Shown in pieces: positions 1-9,977 of a stretch of DNA of 64,000 nt. The translations under genes and the position numbers were made by a program. The stretch's first letter is position 1, and each line of letters begins with the position of its first letter. The stretch lies in the NCBI GenBank assembly GCA_963692865.2, contig OY843592.1, forward strand, positions 3,877,599-3,941,598. The letters run 5' to 3'. This DNA is from a bacterium (lineage in GTDB: Bacteria > UBA8248). The notes under the pieces are model-generated. The model searched no databases. It was not told where the DNA came from and was given only the letters and a program-made list of their open reading frames with translations.

Positions 1-100
1 CTGTGGGACAGCCCCGAGCAGGGGCAGTCACTACAAAAAACATAAATCCTCCCACATTGGATTTTTTCTACAACCCCGAAGACACCCTTCAAAACGGGTC

Positions 101-583
101 TTAGTAGGAAATCCTGTCCTCCATCCGCGCCCACAGGTTGAAGGATTCGAGCGCCTCGTCTTTCAGAAGCCGGGTCGATTCCAGTTTTCTTTCGCGCATC
201 GGCAGGGCGATTTCGTTGTAGAGAAATTCATCGGAAAACCCGATGGCGTCGGCCTCGACGATGGTGTTCCCGTAATACATGCGCTCGATTCTCGCCCAGT
301 AAACGGCGCTCAGACACATCGGGCATGGCTCGCAGCTCGTGTATATCTCACAGCCGGACAAGTCGAAATTATTCAGTTTCGCGCAGGCCGCCCGTATGGC
401 GAGCATTTCGGCGTGGGCGGTGGGGTCGCAAGAAGACGTCACACGGTTCGTCCCCTCGCCGACGATCTCGCCGTCCTTGACGACGACGGAGCCGAAAGGC
501 CCGCCGAGCCCGTCCCGCACGTTTTGAGATGCGAGCGCTATCGCCCTTCTCATGAAAGATTCCCGAGTCGCCATTTTTCTCAT
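101..583 (-). CDS. nucleoside/guanine deaminase (cytidine deaminase superfamily)
   Basis: HAE (PTAHAEMLAIR) and PCxxC (SCEPCPMC) zinc motifs; GuaD-like size; true start may be a few codons downstream. Confidence 0.88.
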   Translation of the reverse strand: MRKMATRESFMRRAIALASQNVRDGLGGPFGSVVVKDGEIVGEGTNRVTSSCDPTAHAEMLAIRAACAKLNNFDLSGCEIYTSCEPCPMCLSAVYWARIERMYYGNTIVEADAIGFSDEFLYNEIALPMRERKLESTRLLKDEALESFNLWARMEDRISY

Positions 584-779
584 CTCCCGGTTGGCTCCGT
601 TTTTCCGTCATCGTTTTCTTTTTACTGCGTCTATATTTTCTCCAGATTCACCTAATCATAACTTGTTTTTGGAGCCGTTTACATTCATTTTACAGGTTCT
701 CCCTTTATCGTCTCCAGGATGCGGAGCCTGAAACAAAAGAAACCCTACGCTGCGAAATTCGCAACCCGAAAAGGAATGG

Positions 780-1685
780 ATGATGAAAATCGGATTTATC
801 GGACTGGGAAACATGGGGGCCGGCATGGCGGCCAACCTCCAGAAGGCGGGCTACGCGCTCGTCGTTCACGACATCGTGCGCGAGGCGGCGGTGGAACACT
901 TGGAACGCGGCGCGCTCTGGGCGGATTCTCCCGAAGAGGCGGCCCGCGCGTGCGAGGTCGTCTTCACCTCGCTGCCGGGTCCAAAAGAAGTCGAGAGCGT
1001 GGCCACGGGGCCGAACGGGGTTCTCGCGGGCATCGGCGCGGGGAAGGTCTACGTCGACCTGAGCACGGGATACCCTTCAATCGTCCGAAGAATTCATGAG
1101 AAATTCTCAGAAGCGGGCGCGCACATGCTCGACGCCCCCGTGAGCGGCTCCACCATCGGCGCGAACACGGGGCGTCTGGCCATCATGGTGGGGGGAGACG
1201 AGGAGGTGTATGAACGCTGCAAACCCCTTTTCGAGGCATTCGGCGACCGCCCCACCTACACCGGCCCGATCGGCACCGGCACCGTCTGCAAGCTCGCCCA
1301 TAACTGCATGAGTTACGGCATTCAGGCCCTCGCGGCGGAATGCTACACCCTGGGCGTCAAGGCGGGCGCCGCGCCCGAAGTATTGGCCGAGACGATCCGC
1401 AACGGCGCGGTGGGCCGGGCCGTGCACTTCCACTTCATCTTCCCCGAGACTTTCTTCAAGGGGAAATTCGACGAACCCCACTTTCCCATGAAGGGATCGG
1501 TGAAGGACGTAGGCCTCGCGCTCAGGCTCGCCCGCGAGCACGACGTTCCCATGGCGATAGGCAACATCGCCTACGGGGAGCTCATCGCGGGGCTGAACCG
1601 GGGATGGGGGGAGGATGACGCGAGGCGCGCCATGACGCTCCAGGAAGAGCGCGCGGGCGGCGTGCAGATGAGAGTTTCAGAATAG
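780..1685 (+). CDS. NAD(P)-dependent oxidoreductase, 3-hydroxyisobutyrate dehydrogenase family
   Basis: IGFIGLGNMG Rossmann motif, LDAPVSG, catalytic K in CKLAHN. Confidence 0.9.
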   Translation: MMKIGFIGLGNMGAGMAANLQKAGYALVVHDIVREAAVEHLERGALWADSPEEAARACEVVFTSLPGPKEVESVATGPNGVLAGIGAGKVYVDLSTGYPSIVRRIHEKFSEAGAHMLDAPVSGSTIGANTGRLAIMVGGDEEVYERCKPLFEAFGDRPTYTGPIGTGTVCKLAHNCMSYGIQALAAECYTLGVKAGAAPEVLAETIRNGAVGRAVHFHFIFPETFFKGKFDEPHFPMKGSVKDVGLALRLAREHDVPMAIGNIAYGELIAGLNRGWGEDDARRAMTLQEERAGGVQMRVSE

Positions 1686-1772
1686 GAATTTCACGATTCA
1701 TCCGACGGGATGCGCGTTCTTTCCGCCCGCTTTCCCGACGGAGCGGGTCATCGAGGAACGAGGAGTATTCGA

Positions 1773-2798
1773 ATGAAACACGGAATCGCCATGCTGCCAC
1801 CCGCGCCCGAGACCTACGCGCACTGGTGCCGCCTCTCGGAAGAAGCGGGCTTCGACGTCATCTGGGTGCCGGACTCCCAATCCCTCTACCGGGAGCTTTA
1901 CGTCTCGTGCGCCATCTGCGCGGCGAACACCACGCGCGTTCTGCTGGGGCCCAACGTCACCAACCCGCTCACGCGGCACCCCGCGACGGCGGCGAGCGCC
2001 ATCGCCACGGTGGATGAGTTCTCGGGCGGCCGCGCGCTGTTCGGGATCGCCACGGGCGACAGCGCCGTCCTGAATCTGGGCCTGCGCCCCGGCCGCGTGG
2101 ACGAGGTGCGCGATTACGTGCTCGCGATGCGCGGGATGCTGGAGGAGGGCGCCGCGCACTACCGGGGAAAACCCTGCGCGCTGAGTTGGCACAAAAAGCG
2201 GGTTCCGCTCTACATCGCCGCCGAGGGGCCGCGCACCATCCGTCTTGCGGGCGAGATAGCAGACGGCGTCACCATAGGGTGCGGCCTCACGCCCGAGGTG
2301 GTGGCGGATTCCCTCACCTGGCTGGAGGAGGGCGCCAGGAAATCGGGCCGCAAGGTGGACGATCTCGACGTCTGGTGGCTGGCGAAGGTGAACGTGCGCG
2401 AAGACGGCGAGCAAGCGCGCGAGGAAATCCGCATGGCGCTCGCCGCGAGCGCACACCACGCCTTCCGCTTCACGCTGGAGGGCAAGCGGGTGCCCGATGA
2501 GCTTCGCTCCGCCGTCGAAACCCTGAAAAAAGGATACGCGTTCCACGAGCACGAGATGGTGGACAAGCAGACGAACGCCGAACTCGTGGACGGGCTCGGC
2601 CTTCGCGAATACCTGCTGGATCGCTTCGCCGTCGCGGGCGACGCCGCGGAATGCGTGAAGCGGGTCCGCGAACTCGAAGCGACGGGCGTGGGGGCATTGA
2701 GAATCGCCGCCCACGTGCACGACAAACCCGCCTTCATCCGGGCGTGGGGCCGCGATATCATCAGCGCAACCAAGCAACCACAGAGGACATCTTCATGA
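1773..2798 (+). CDS. LLM-class flavin/F420-dependent oxidoreductase (Mer-like), copy 1
   Basis: GFDVIWVPDSQ, VTNPLTRHP, GIATGDS, AAEGPRT motifs; GAGGAG SD before ATG 1773. Confidence 0.88.
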   Translation: MKHGIAMLPPAPETYAHWCRLSEEAGFDVIWVPDSQSLYRELYVSCAICAANTTRVLLGPNVTNPLTRHPATAASAIATVDEFSGGRALFGIATGDSAVLNLGLRPGRVDEVRDYVLAMRGMLEEGAAHYRGKPCALSWHKKRVPLYIAAEGPRTIRLAGEIADGVTIGCGLTPEVVADSLTWLEEGARKSGRKVDDLDVWWLAKVNVREDGEQAREEIRMALAASAHHAFRFTLEGKRVPDELRSAVETLKKGYAFHEHEMVDKQTNAELVDGLGLREYLLDRFAVAGDAAECVKRVRELEATGVGALRIAAHVHDKPAFIRAWGRDIISATKQPQRTSS

Positions 2799-3796
2799 GA
2801 CACGGCATTTCCTTCAGACCGCCCGATACGGATTCGTTCGCACGGTGGTGCAGGCGCGCGGAAGAACTCGGCTTCGACGCGGTGTTCATCCCCGATACGC
2901 AATCCCTTTACCGGGAGGTCTATGTCTCTTGCGCGATTTGCGCGATGGAGACGAGCGGGATCATCTTCGGCCCGTGCGTCACGAACCCCGTCACGCGCCA
3001 TCCGGCGGTGGCCGCGAGCGCCATCGGCACCATCAGCGAGCTCTCCGGCGGGCGCGCCTTCTGGGGGATCGCCACGGGCGACAGCGCGGTGTTGAACTTA
3101 GGATTAAGGCCCGCGAAGCTCGCCGAGATGCGCGAATACATCCTCGCCGTGCGGGGGATGCTCGAAGAAGGAAGCGCCGAGTACAAGGGCAGGCCCAACC
3201 GGCTGAGCTGGCACAAATCACACGTGCCCATACACATCGCCGCGGAAGGCCCCAGGACGCTGCGCCTGGCGGGCGAGGTGGGGGACGGCGTCATCATCGG
3301 AACAGGCTTAATCCCCGAGGTCATCGCGGACACGCTCTCCTTCATCGACGAGGGCGCCAGAAAATCTGGCCGGAGGGTGGAGGATCTCGACCTCTGGTGG
3401 CTGGTGGACGCCCACGTGGACGCGGACGGCGAGCGCGCCCGCGAGGACATCCGCACCGCCCTCGCCGCGAGCGCGCACCACTCGTTCGCCTTCACGATGG
3501 AGAACAAGCGAATCCCCAGGGAACTCGCATCCGGCATCCGCGCGCTGAGAGACGGATACCAGACTTCGGAGCACGGCTTCATGGATAAATCCAACAATGC
3601 GGCGCTCGTCGATCAGTACGGCCTCAGGGACTACCTCGCCGAGCGGTTCGCGGTCGTCGGCACGCCCGAAGAATGCAGGAAGAGACTCGAAGATCTCGAA
3701 AGCCTGGGCGTCACGGGGCTTCGCATCAACAACAACCTGCCCGACAGGACCGTCTTCATGAACGCCTGGGCGAAGGACGTGCGGGGGGTTGCTTAG
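2795..3796 (+). CDS. LLM-class flavin/F420-dependent oxidoreductase, copy 2
   Basis: Paralog of upstream gene (VTNPVTRHP, GIATGDS, AAEGPRT); ATGA overlap with upstream stop. Confidence 0.88.
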   Translation: MRHGISFRPPDTDSFARWCRRAEELGFDAVFIPDTQSLYREVYVSCAICAMETSGIIFGPCVTNPVTRHPAVAASAIGTISELSGGRAFWGIATGDSAVLNLGLRPAKLAEMREYILAVRGMLEEGSAEYKGRPNRLSWHKSHVPIHIAAEGPRTLRLAGEVGDGVIIGTGLIPEVIADTLSFIDEGARKSGRRVEDLDLWWLVDAHVDADGERAREDIRTALAASAHHSFAFTMENKRIPRELASGIRALRDGYQTSEHGFMDKSNNAALVDQYGLRDYLAERFAVVGTPEECRKRLEDLESLGVTGLRINNNLPDRTVFMNAWAKDVRGVA

Positions 3797-3876
3797 GAAG
3801 TATTCATGGCCGGGCTAATGGGCAGCGGGCGGAGTGGATCGCTAAAGAATTTTGACGGCTTTACTTCAGAGTGGAT

Positions 3877-4575
3877 TCAACCACGAAAAGAATCGACTCC
3901 TTTATAATTGAGTACTGCGTTTGATTTGAGGCTCTTGATCAAAATGGCCTCTACTTGTTTACGCAATGTATCGTCCTCAATCTCAATATAAGAAGCCTGT
4001 TCGACTATCGGAGATTTGAACCAGAACTTTTCGAAATGTTGTTTCAAACGATTCTTTATGTTCTTGGATTGTCCGATGTAAATCAGGCGATCGCTTATAT
4101 CGTAAAGCAGATAAACACCGGAAGTGGTAGGCCACTCTTCTTCATCATGCGGCGAAAAATCTTGGATTGACCCCAAGCCTTCTATGCGGGAGGCTTCGGC
4201 AGTATCTTTTGAATTCTCAACATCGCCTCGCGTCCATCGGTAAGTGCGATCTCCCCTTACCATCGCCCTCCGCTTTCGGAAGCCAAGGTTGCGGAGGCAC
4301 TCGGCAATCCTCATCTGCGTGGGCCTGTCCAGCTTGTCCTCGTCAATGCGCAGAACATCCCGAGCGATTTCAGCAAGTGTCATATCTCCGCCATCATACG
4401 CCGAAAAGAACTCCTCGATGAAGTTTTCCCACTCGTCTATTGAGTGTTGCTCCTCGTATCGCAGCCTCATTCCCTCCCTCAATACTATAAATCGTCGGGG
4501 CAGACACACCAGACGCTTGAACCTAACTTGTTCATGGTAAGGCGTCAAGAATTTCCCAGTCGGGTTTCGGAGCAT
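3877..4575 (-). CDS. GIY-YIG nuclease family protein
   Basis: C-terminal SGVYLLY...LIYIGQSKNIKNRLKQH...E...N; lower GC; start uncertain. Confidence 0.75.
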   Translation of the reverse strand: MLRNPTGKFLTPYHEQVRFKRLVCLPRRFIVLREGMRLRYEEQHSIDEWENFIEEFFSAYDGGDMTLAEIARDVLRIDEDKLDRPTQMRIAECLRNLGFRKRRAMVRGDRTYRWTRGDVENSKDTAEASRIEGLGSIQDFSPHDEEEWPTTSGVYLLYDISDRLIYIGQSKNIKNRLKQHFEKFWFKSPIVEQASYIEIEDDTLRKQVEAILIKSLKSNAVLNYKGVDSFRG

Positions 4576-4775
4576 GATTTCTTCGGAAATCCTATGCCTT
4601 TACTTCCCGAAAACCACTCTGGAACCCTCCCTTCCCCTCGAACCACAGCGGTTAGAATTGCTGGGAATTATCGCGACAGGCGGATTCGAACTCCCCGGAG
4701 GTTCATTCACAAGAGGTTGGACATGAGCGAACCGACTTGCCGCCGATTAGTTAAAGGAACACAGGAAATTACACG

Positions 4776-5003
4776 CTATTTCTCGGTATCTTCCAACCCT
4801 TTGTTGTAGCCGAGAGCGTAGATACAAAAAGGACATTTGCCAGCAGCCATCACCCTGCCCATGGGCGCATCAGGTAGCTGTTCTATCTTTTCCAGGAGAA
4901 CTCTTGTTTTCTCTGGTATTTCTCGATGAGATGGTACGCTGTGTTTCGTGCAATTATTTCCAGGCCCCATTAAATTTCTCTTTTCATAGGGATTTAACGC
5001 CAA
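4776..5003 (-). CDS. hypothetical protein
   Basis: 75-aa low-GC ORF with C/H and CPFC residues. Confidence 0.4.
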   Translation of the reverse strand: MALNPYEKRNLMGPGNNCTKHSVPSHREIPEKTRVLLEKIEQLPDAPMGRVMAAGKCPFCIYALGYNKGLEDTEK

Positions 5004-5060
5004 GTATTCGTCGGGTTTGTTTTTCCTGCGCCAATCCCGACCTGCCCGACAGGACGGTTT

Positions 5061-5834
5061 TCATGAACGCATAATCGCGACTTCCGGCAATTCCGCATCC
5101 GGTTCCAACGGCAGAATTGCACGCGCTTGCGTGTAATCTCCCTCCTGCACAATTGGTGTAATTTTGCTGACTTGCCGCACCGCTATAGGGTGGCCATTGG
5201 TCGGGTCGCGACTCACCAATCCTTCCACGACAGCGTGTTTTCCCCAAACTTCTCTCATGAGATCTTCCTGACCAGATTGCAAATAACACGAAACCGGACG
5301 GTCATTCAGAGCGTCATATAGAGTGAATCGCAACACGTTTCGCTTTGTTAATGTCTGAACTTCTCCCTCCACGGCGCCAAAGGCCACAGATATTACATTT
5401 CCCGGCAGACTTAAAACGTTGTCCGCCGCTCTCGGCTTACCAGTTGGAGGATTATGCAAGATTACCGTTTCCTCTTGTGTCTCAAATCGGACTCGTTTGA
5501 CGCCATTTCCAACCAAGCGTCCAAGTTTCATCGCTGGACCGGAAATTTTTCGTCCACGATCAATCCGAACATTTTCTCTAAGCGCTCTGCCAACGTCATT
5601 GTACCCTCTTACAACCCGTTCGACCCTTTCCGATTGAAGGCTATATCCTTTAATGGTCGCTAATGCGCTCCCGGGCTGAAGGTCTTCGATCTTCCACTCA
5701 ATACCGCCTCCCTCCTCAACCGTTAACGCACTGACGAGGCTATTCAGCGATTTTATCGCGGTGGCGAACGTCTCAAGAGTGACATCGCCTTCCAGCATCA
5801 GCGTAATCGTGTCAGGAGTCATTACTTCCCCCAT
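5061..5834 (-). CDS. hypothetical protein, C-terminus possibly clipped
   Basis: 257-aa low-GC ORF with protein-like composition; stop lies inside a duplicated LLM-gene fragment. Confidence 0.65.
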   Translation of the reverse strand: MGEVMTPDTITLMLEGDVTLETFATAIKSLNSLVSALTVEEGGGIEWKIEDLQPGSALATIKGYSLQSERVERVVRGYNDVGRALRENVRIDRGRKISGPAMKLGRLVGNGVKRVRFETQEETVILHNPPTGKPRAADNVLSLPGNVISVAFGAVEGEVQTLTKRNVLRFTLYDALNDRPVSCYLQSGQEDLMREVWGKHAVVEGLVSRDPTNGHPIAVRQVSKITPIVQEGDYTQARAILPLEPDAELPEVAIMRS

Positions 5835-6100
5835 ATGGGGTTCCTAAAGGATGCGGTATTGATGGATATCCTAATCAGGATATCAATATGTCTAAGCCTA
5901 TTGTCTCAAAATTTGCGTGTCAATCAATTCCCAATTCAGACCAAAACACCCCCAAAATCTCGTATTGATCCGAGAAGCGGATGCAGTTACGGCGCGAAAA
6001 ACTCTTTCTTCCCTCAGGCAGCGCCTTCGGTTAGAATGGCCGGAAATGATCGAAACGAGTGAATTCGACCTCCCCGAAAAACCTCACAATGGAGGATCAC

Positions 6101-6655
6101 ATGAGCGAAATGACGAAGGAGAAGGAAAAGATTCTCGTCTATGAACCCGTGGCGGAGGCGCCGGGCGCGGGCGCCGTCATGGCCGCGCGGCCCGAGAGCC
6201 TGAGCGGCAAGAGCGTGGGCCTCATCAACAACACCAAGGATTTCACGGATGAGATTTTCGACGTCATGGGCGCCGCGCTCGAAGAACAGTTCCCCGGCGT
6301 GCGCGTCGTGCGCTACAGGAAGGAATCCGTGAGCGGCGCATCGCCCGCCTTGATGGAGCAGGTGGAAGGAGAGTGCGACGCCGTCGTTTCCGCCCTCGGC
6401 GACTGAGGCTCGTGCACGTCGTGGAGTATCCACGACAGCGTCGCCCTGGAGAAGAGAGGGCTTCCCACGGTCACGGTCGTCACCGACGCATTCGAGGCCT
6501 ACGCCAAACAGCTCACCAGGCTGCACAAGATGAGCGAACTTCCCCTCGTTACCCTGCCCCATCCCATCGCGGGCAGAAAGCGCGAGGAGGTGGACGAGAT
6601 GTCGGCGAAGGCGAGCGCGCATCTGGCGTCCGCCCTCACGCAGGCGAGCGCTTGA
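6101..6655 (+). CDS. UGSC-family selenoprotein (Sec at TGA 6404-6406)
   Basis: GGAGG SD, ATG 6101; reads ALGD-U-GSCTSWSIHD in frame through to TGA 6653-6655; hairpin 11 nt after UGA. Confidence 0.85.
6418..6436 (+). promoter_or_regulatory. candidate bacterial SECIS hairpin
   Basis: GTCGTGGA-GTA-TCCACGAC, perfect 8-bp stem with G in loop, starting 11 nt after UGA. Confidence 0.7.
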
Positions 6656-6662
6656 TATCGGC

Positions 6663-7763
6663 ATGGACGCGCCAGAGCCCGCCCGCCGGATAGCGCTCGA
6701 CGAAGACGCGGGCGCGATATACGAACACTTCTACGAGGAGGGCTGGACGGACGGGCTGCCCGTCATCCCGCCGACCGAGGAGCGCGTCTTAGAGACCCTT
6801 CGCTTCACGGACTATGCGCCGCACGACGTCATCGCCCACGTTCCGCCCCGGAATGCCCCGGCGACGGTGGAGATCATCGCCATCAACGCCGTGATGGCGG
6901 GCTGCAGGCCGGAATACCTGCCCGTTCTCATCGCCGCCGTTCAGGCCATGACGGAGCCGGCCTACAACCTCTACGGCCGCCAGACGACCACGCACCCCGG
7001 CGCGCACCTGATGATCGTCCACGGGCCGGTTCGGAACGAACTCGAAGTCAACTGCCGCCAGAACGTGTTCGGGCAGGGCCGTCGCGCCAACGCGACGCTC
7101 GGCCGCGCGGTGCGGCTCCTGATGATGAACGCCGGCGGCGGCATCCCCGGCGTGACGGACATGGCCACCCACGGGCATCCGGGCAAATACGCCTACACCA
7201 TCGGCGAGGACGAGGAGGGAAGCCCCTGGCCGCCCTTTCACGTGGATAGAGGATTCGCGCCCGATACCTCCGCCGTCACCATGCTCTGCGCCGAATCGCC
7301 CCACAACGTGAACGACCTCGTGAGCAAGACGCCGCATAAATACCTCGGCACGGCGGCTTCGGCCATGAGCCACCTGGGCGCCAACGGCGTCTACCGGAGC
7401 GGGCTGCCGAGCGAGCAGATGCTGGTGCTGACCGCGGAAGCGGCGACGTGGCTGTCGAATCAGGGGTGGTCGAAGGCCGACGTATCCCAGTTCATCTTCG
7501 AGAACGCGCGTCAGCCGATCCGCCTCATGCGCGACCGCGGCGGCTTCGACATGACGCCGCTCGCCCCCTTCGTGAACACGGACGAGGATGAGGACATGGC
7601 CCCCATCGTCCCGAGGCCGGAAGACATCCTCATCGTGGTCGCCGGCGGCCACGGCCGCCACATGCAGGCCGTCTTGACTGCGAGCTACAACCTGAGCGTC
7701 ACCAAAGCCATCACCAGAAAAGACGGAACGCCGCTCGGGTCTGTAAGGGAGTTCGTGGAGTGA
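6663..7763 (+). CDS. UGSC-associated conserved protein (GWTDGLPVIPPT family)
   Basis: GWTDGLPVIPPTEERV, AINAVMAGC, RANATLGRA motifs; directly follows the UGSC gene. Confidence 0.8.
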   Translation: MDAPEPARRIALDEDAGAIYEHFYEEGWTDGLPVIPPTEERVLETLRFTDYAPHDVIAHVPPRNAPATVEIIAINAVMAGCRPEYLPVLIAAVQAMTEPAYNLYGRQTTTHPGAHLMIVHGPVRNELEVNCRQNVFGQGRRANATLGRAVRLLMMNAGGGIPGVTDMATHGHPGKYAYTIGEDEEGSPWPPFHVDRGFAPDTSAVTMLCAESPHNVNDLVSKTPHKYLGTAASAMSHLGANGVYRSGLPSEQMLVLTAEAATWLSNQGWSKADVSQFIFENARQPIRLMRDRGGFDMTPLAPFVNTDEDEDMAPIVPRPEDILIVVAGGHGRHMQAVLTASYNLSVTKAITRKDGTPLGSVREFVE

Positions 7764-7781
7764 GGGGGGCAAATCTCCGAA

Positions 7782-8273
7782 TTACTCATAAGGTAGCGTG
7801 TGCGTCTGGATAACCTCGATATCGAAGTATCGCTCCATCTGCTTTATGCCTTGATCGTCCGAGTAAATCGTACTTTCATTTTGAGCGAGAGCGACGGCGA
7901 CGATTTGCCTGTCGTATTTGAGTTGTGCTTTCGTAAACGGAGATTGGGATTCGAACACGCGGTTCTCGTGAATTTTCTGTGTGACATGGACAAGCTTTTT
8001 CACGGCATCAATGTCAAAACCTGCAATATGAAAGTGGCGGGATTGCTGGAGTATGGAAATCCACTCTTCTATGTTTCCTCTTGCAATAACGAGCACTTCC
8101 GCCAGTGCGGGAGTGGGTATGATGATTGGCTGGGATTTTGATTCCATATCGCGGATGAGATATTCGATCCGCTGACTCACATTGGCTAGGGGCTCACCGG
8201 TGGCGGGATCACTAGGTGGCTTGGCGTTCGGCTGCACCAAAAACATGAGAGTCGTTGCATCGAATACCGGCAT
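7782..8273 (-). CDS. PIN-domain toxin (VapC-like)
   Basis: N-terminal VFDA, IPTPALAEVL, KYDRQIVA, IYSDD acidic pattern; low GC. Confidence 0.75.
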   Translation of the reverse strand: MPVFDATTLMFLVQPNAKPPSDPATGEPLANVSQRIEYLIRDMESKSQPIIIPTPALAEVLVIARGNIEEWISILQQSRHFHIAGFDIDAVKKLVHVTQKIHENRVFESQSPFTKAQLKYDRQIVAVALAQNESTIYSDDQGIKQMERYFDIEVIQTHTLPYE

Positions 8274-8491
8274 TACTTTCTAATCTCGACGCCTCGTTCC
8301 CTCATGAGTTCGGCATACGGGTCATCGACGCCATCGAACAACCCCAAACCTCTCATTTTGCGAACAACCGAACCGATCGACTCTTCGGCGGGTTCACGCC
8401 CACTCGTTATATGCTCATCTTCTTGAAAATGGTTGTTGTTCCCAACGCCAAATTCAAGATTCGTTTTCTCTTCCTGATTTTTGTCGTCCAT
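8273..8491 (-). CDS. putative antitoxin partner of the PIN gene
   Basis: 72-aa acidic ORF whose stop overlaps the PIN start. Confidence 0.5.
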   Translation of the reverse strand: MDDKNQEEKTNLEFGVGNNNHFQEDEHITSGREPAEESIGSVVRKMRGLGLFDGVDDPYAELMRERGVEIRK

Positions 8492-8603
8492 GGCTCTCTC
8501 CCCTTGGACTCAATTATCCAGGAAACAGGAAATTCATACAAGCGAGAGGTTTTTGCGCCTCTTCCAACCGAGCCTCCCTTTCGCATGAAATCCGCACTCT
8601 CCC

Positions 8604-9977
8604 CTACCCATCCACGCTCATGCCGAACTGGCCCGCGAGGTGGGTGATGAGCCTGCCGGCGGCGTCATCGCTCATCCAGCCGCGTGAGGTGGCCGTCTCG
8701 AGCGCGGCGCTCACGCGCAGGAGCGCCTGGGACATCTTCTCGGTGTCGCGCACGGAGATATCCGGCAGAACGGGCGAGACGCCCGAGCGCAGCGCTTCTT
8801 CACTCAGCGCGCCCGCGCGGCGGGCTTCCTCCAACTGCTTGTCGGCCATGGCCTGCAGGATATGGCGCACGGTGCGCTGGCGGCGCGTCATCTTCTTGAG
8901 CGTGGGCTGATCCATCGACTCGGCCGAGGCGCGGTTCACGTCCTCTCCCTGGGCGAACCAGTGGGAGGGAACGCCCACGCCGCCGAGCAGCAGGCCGCGC
9001 ATCATCTTGGCGATCCCCTGCGCGCCGGACTCGCCGCCTTTCAAGTCGGGCGAGACGGCTTGCCACTCCTCTTTCTCGTTGTGAACGCGCACGCTGGAGG
9101 GCTTGGGCGCGACGCCGTTCTCGGCGAGCCACTCGGCTATCTTCTCGGGGCCCGCGCCCTTGAGCGTTACGTCGTAGATGAAGCTGTTCTGCAGGCGCGC
9201 GCGCTCCACGGCGTCGAATATGAAGCGCTCGTAGGTGTCTATCCAGTCGATGGCGGCGAGCAGATCGGAAGCCCCGCGCGCGGCGTCGCTCGCCTTGTTT
9301 ATCTGGAACAGGAACGCCTCCCCGTCTGTGAAGCGCGCCCGCTCCTTCTGCGCGGAGGCGCTCAGGTAGCCGCGCGGGTCGCCGCCCAGCGCCGTCCGGA
9401 TGCGCTTGCCCTTTCGCGCCGCCCCGCCCGGACCGTCTGCGCGCAGGACGACCCCTACGGCCAGGGCGCAGTTGTCCGGGTCCATCACCACCTCCTCTAT
9501 CAGGCGCGGGCTGACGTAGCCGAGCCGGACGCGCCCCTCGAAGCGCGAGACGGCGACGGGCAGGAGGAGTTCCCCGAAGATGCCGAGTTCGGAGACCAGC
9601 CGCTCGAAGCGGATGTCCATCTGGTTCACGGGGTCGGCCCAGAACGCCTTCACGGCGCGCAGGGCGCGCTCATCCTCCCCGTGCCAGCTCACCCCCTCGC
9701 CCACGACGTGGTCCGTAACGATCTCGATCAGCCGCTGGCCCATCAGGTTCGTGAGCCAAAGCTCATACGCCAGCGCCTGCATGCGCGCGTGGGTGTAGGG
9801 CGAAACCCCGCCGCGCCCCTCGCCCAGGGGCCGCCATATCCGCTCGTCCGGATCAATCGCCGCGCTCATTCGCCCCGAGCGCCGCGCGGCCGCCTTCACT
9901 CTCCCGGCATCTCCCTTGTTCCCGGGTCCCGACTTCCGCCCGGGAGCCTTCACCCTCTTTACACTCTCCATCCTCAT
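8604..9977 (-). CDS. phage portal protein (putative)
   Basis: 457 aa directly after terminase (ATGA overlap); portal-like segments QRLIEIVTDHVVGEG, ELGIFGE, GVGVPSHWF..GEDVNRASA. Confidence 0.75.
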   Translation of the reverse strand: MRMESVKRVKAPGRKSGPGNKGDAGRVKAAARRSGRMSAAIDPDERIWRPLGEGRGGVSPYTHARMQALAYELWLTNLMGQRLIEIVTDHVVGEGVSWHGEDERALRAVKAFWADPVNQMDIRFERLVSELGIFGELLLPVAVSRFEGRVRLGYVSPRLIEEVVMDPDNCALAVGVVLRADGPGGAARKGKRIRTALGGDPRGYLSASAQKERARFTDGEAFLFQINKASDAARGASDLLAAIDWIDTYERFIFDAVERARLQNSFIYDVTLKGAGPEKIAEWLAENGVAPKPSSVRVHNEKEEWQAVSPDLKGGESGAQGIAKMMRGLLLGGVGVPSHWFAQGEDVNRASAESMDQPTLKKMTRRQRTVRHILQAMADKQLEEARRAGALSEEALRSGVSPVLPDISVRDTEKMSQALLRVSAALETATSRGWMSDDAAGRLITHLAGQFGMSVDG

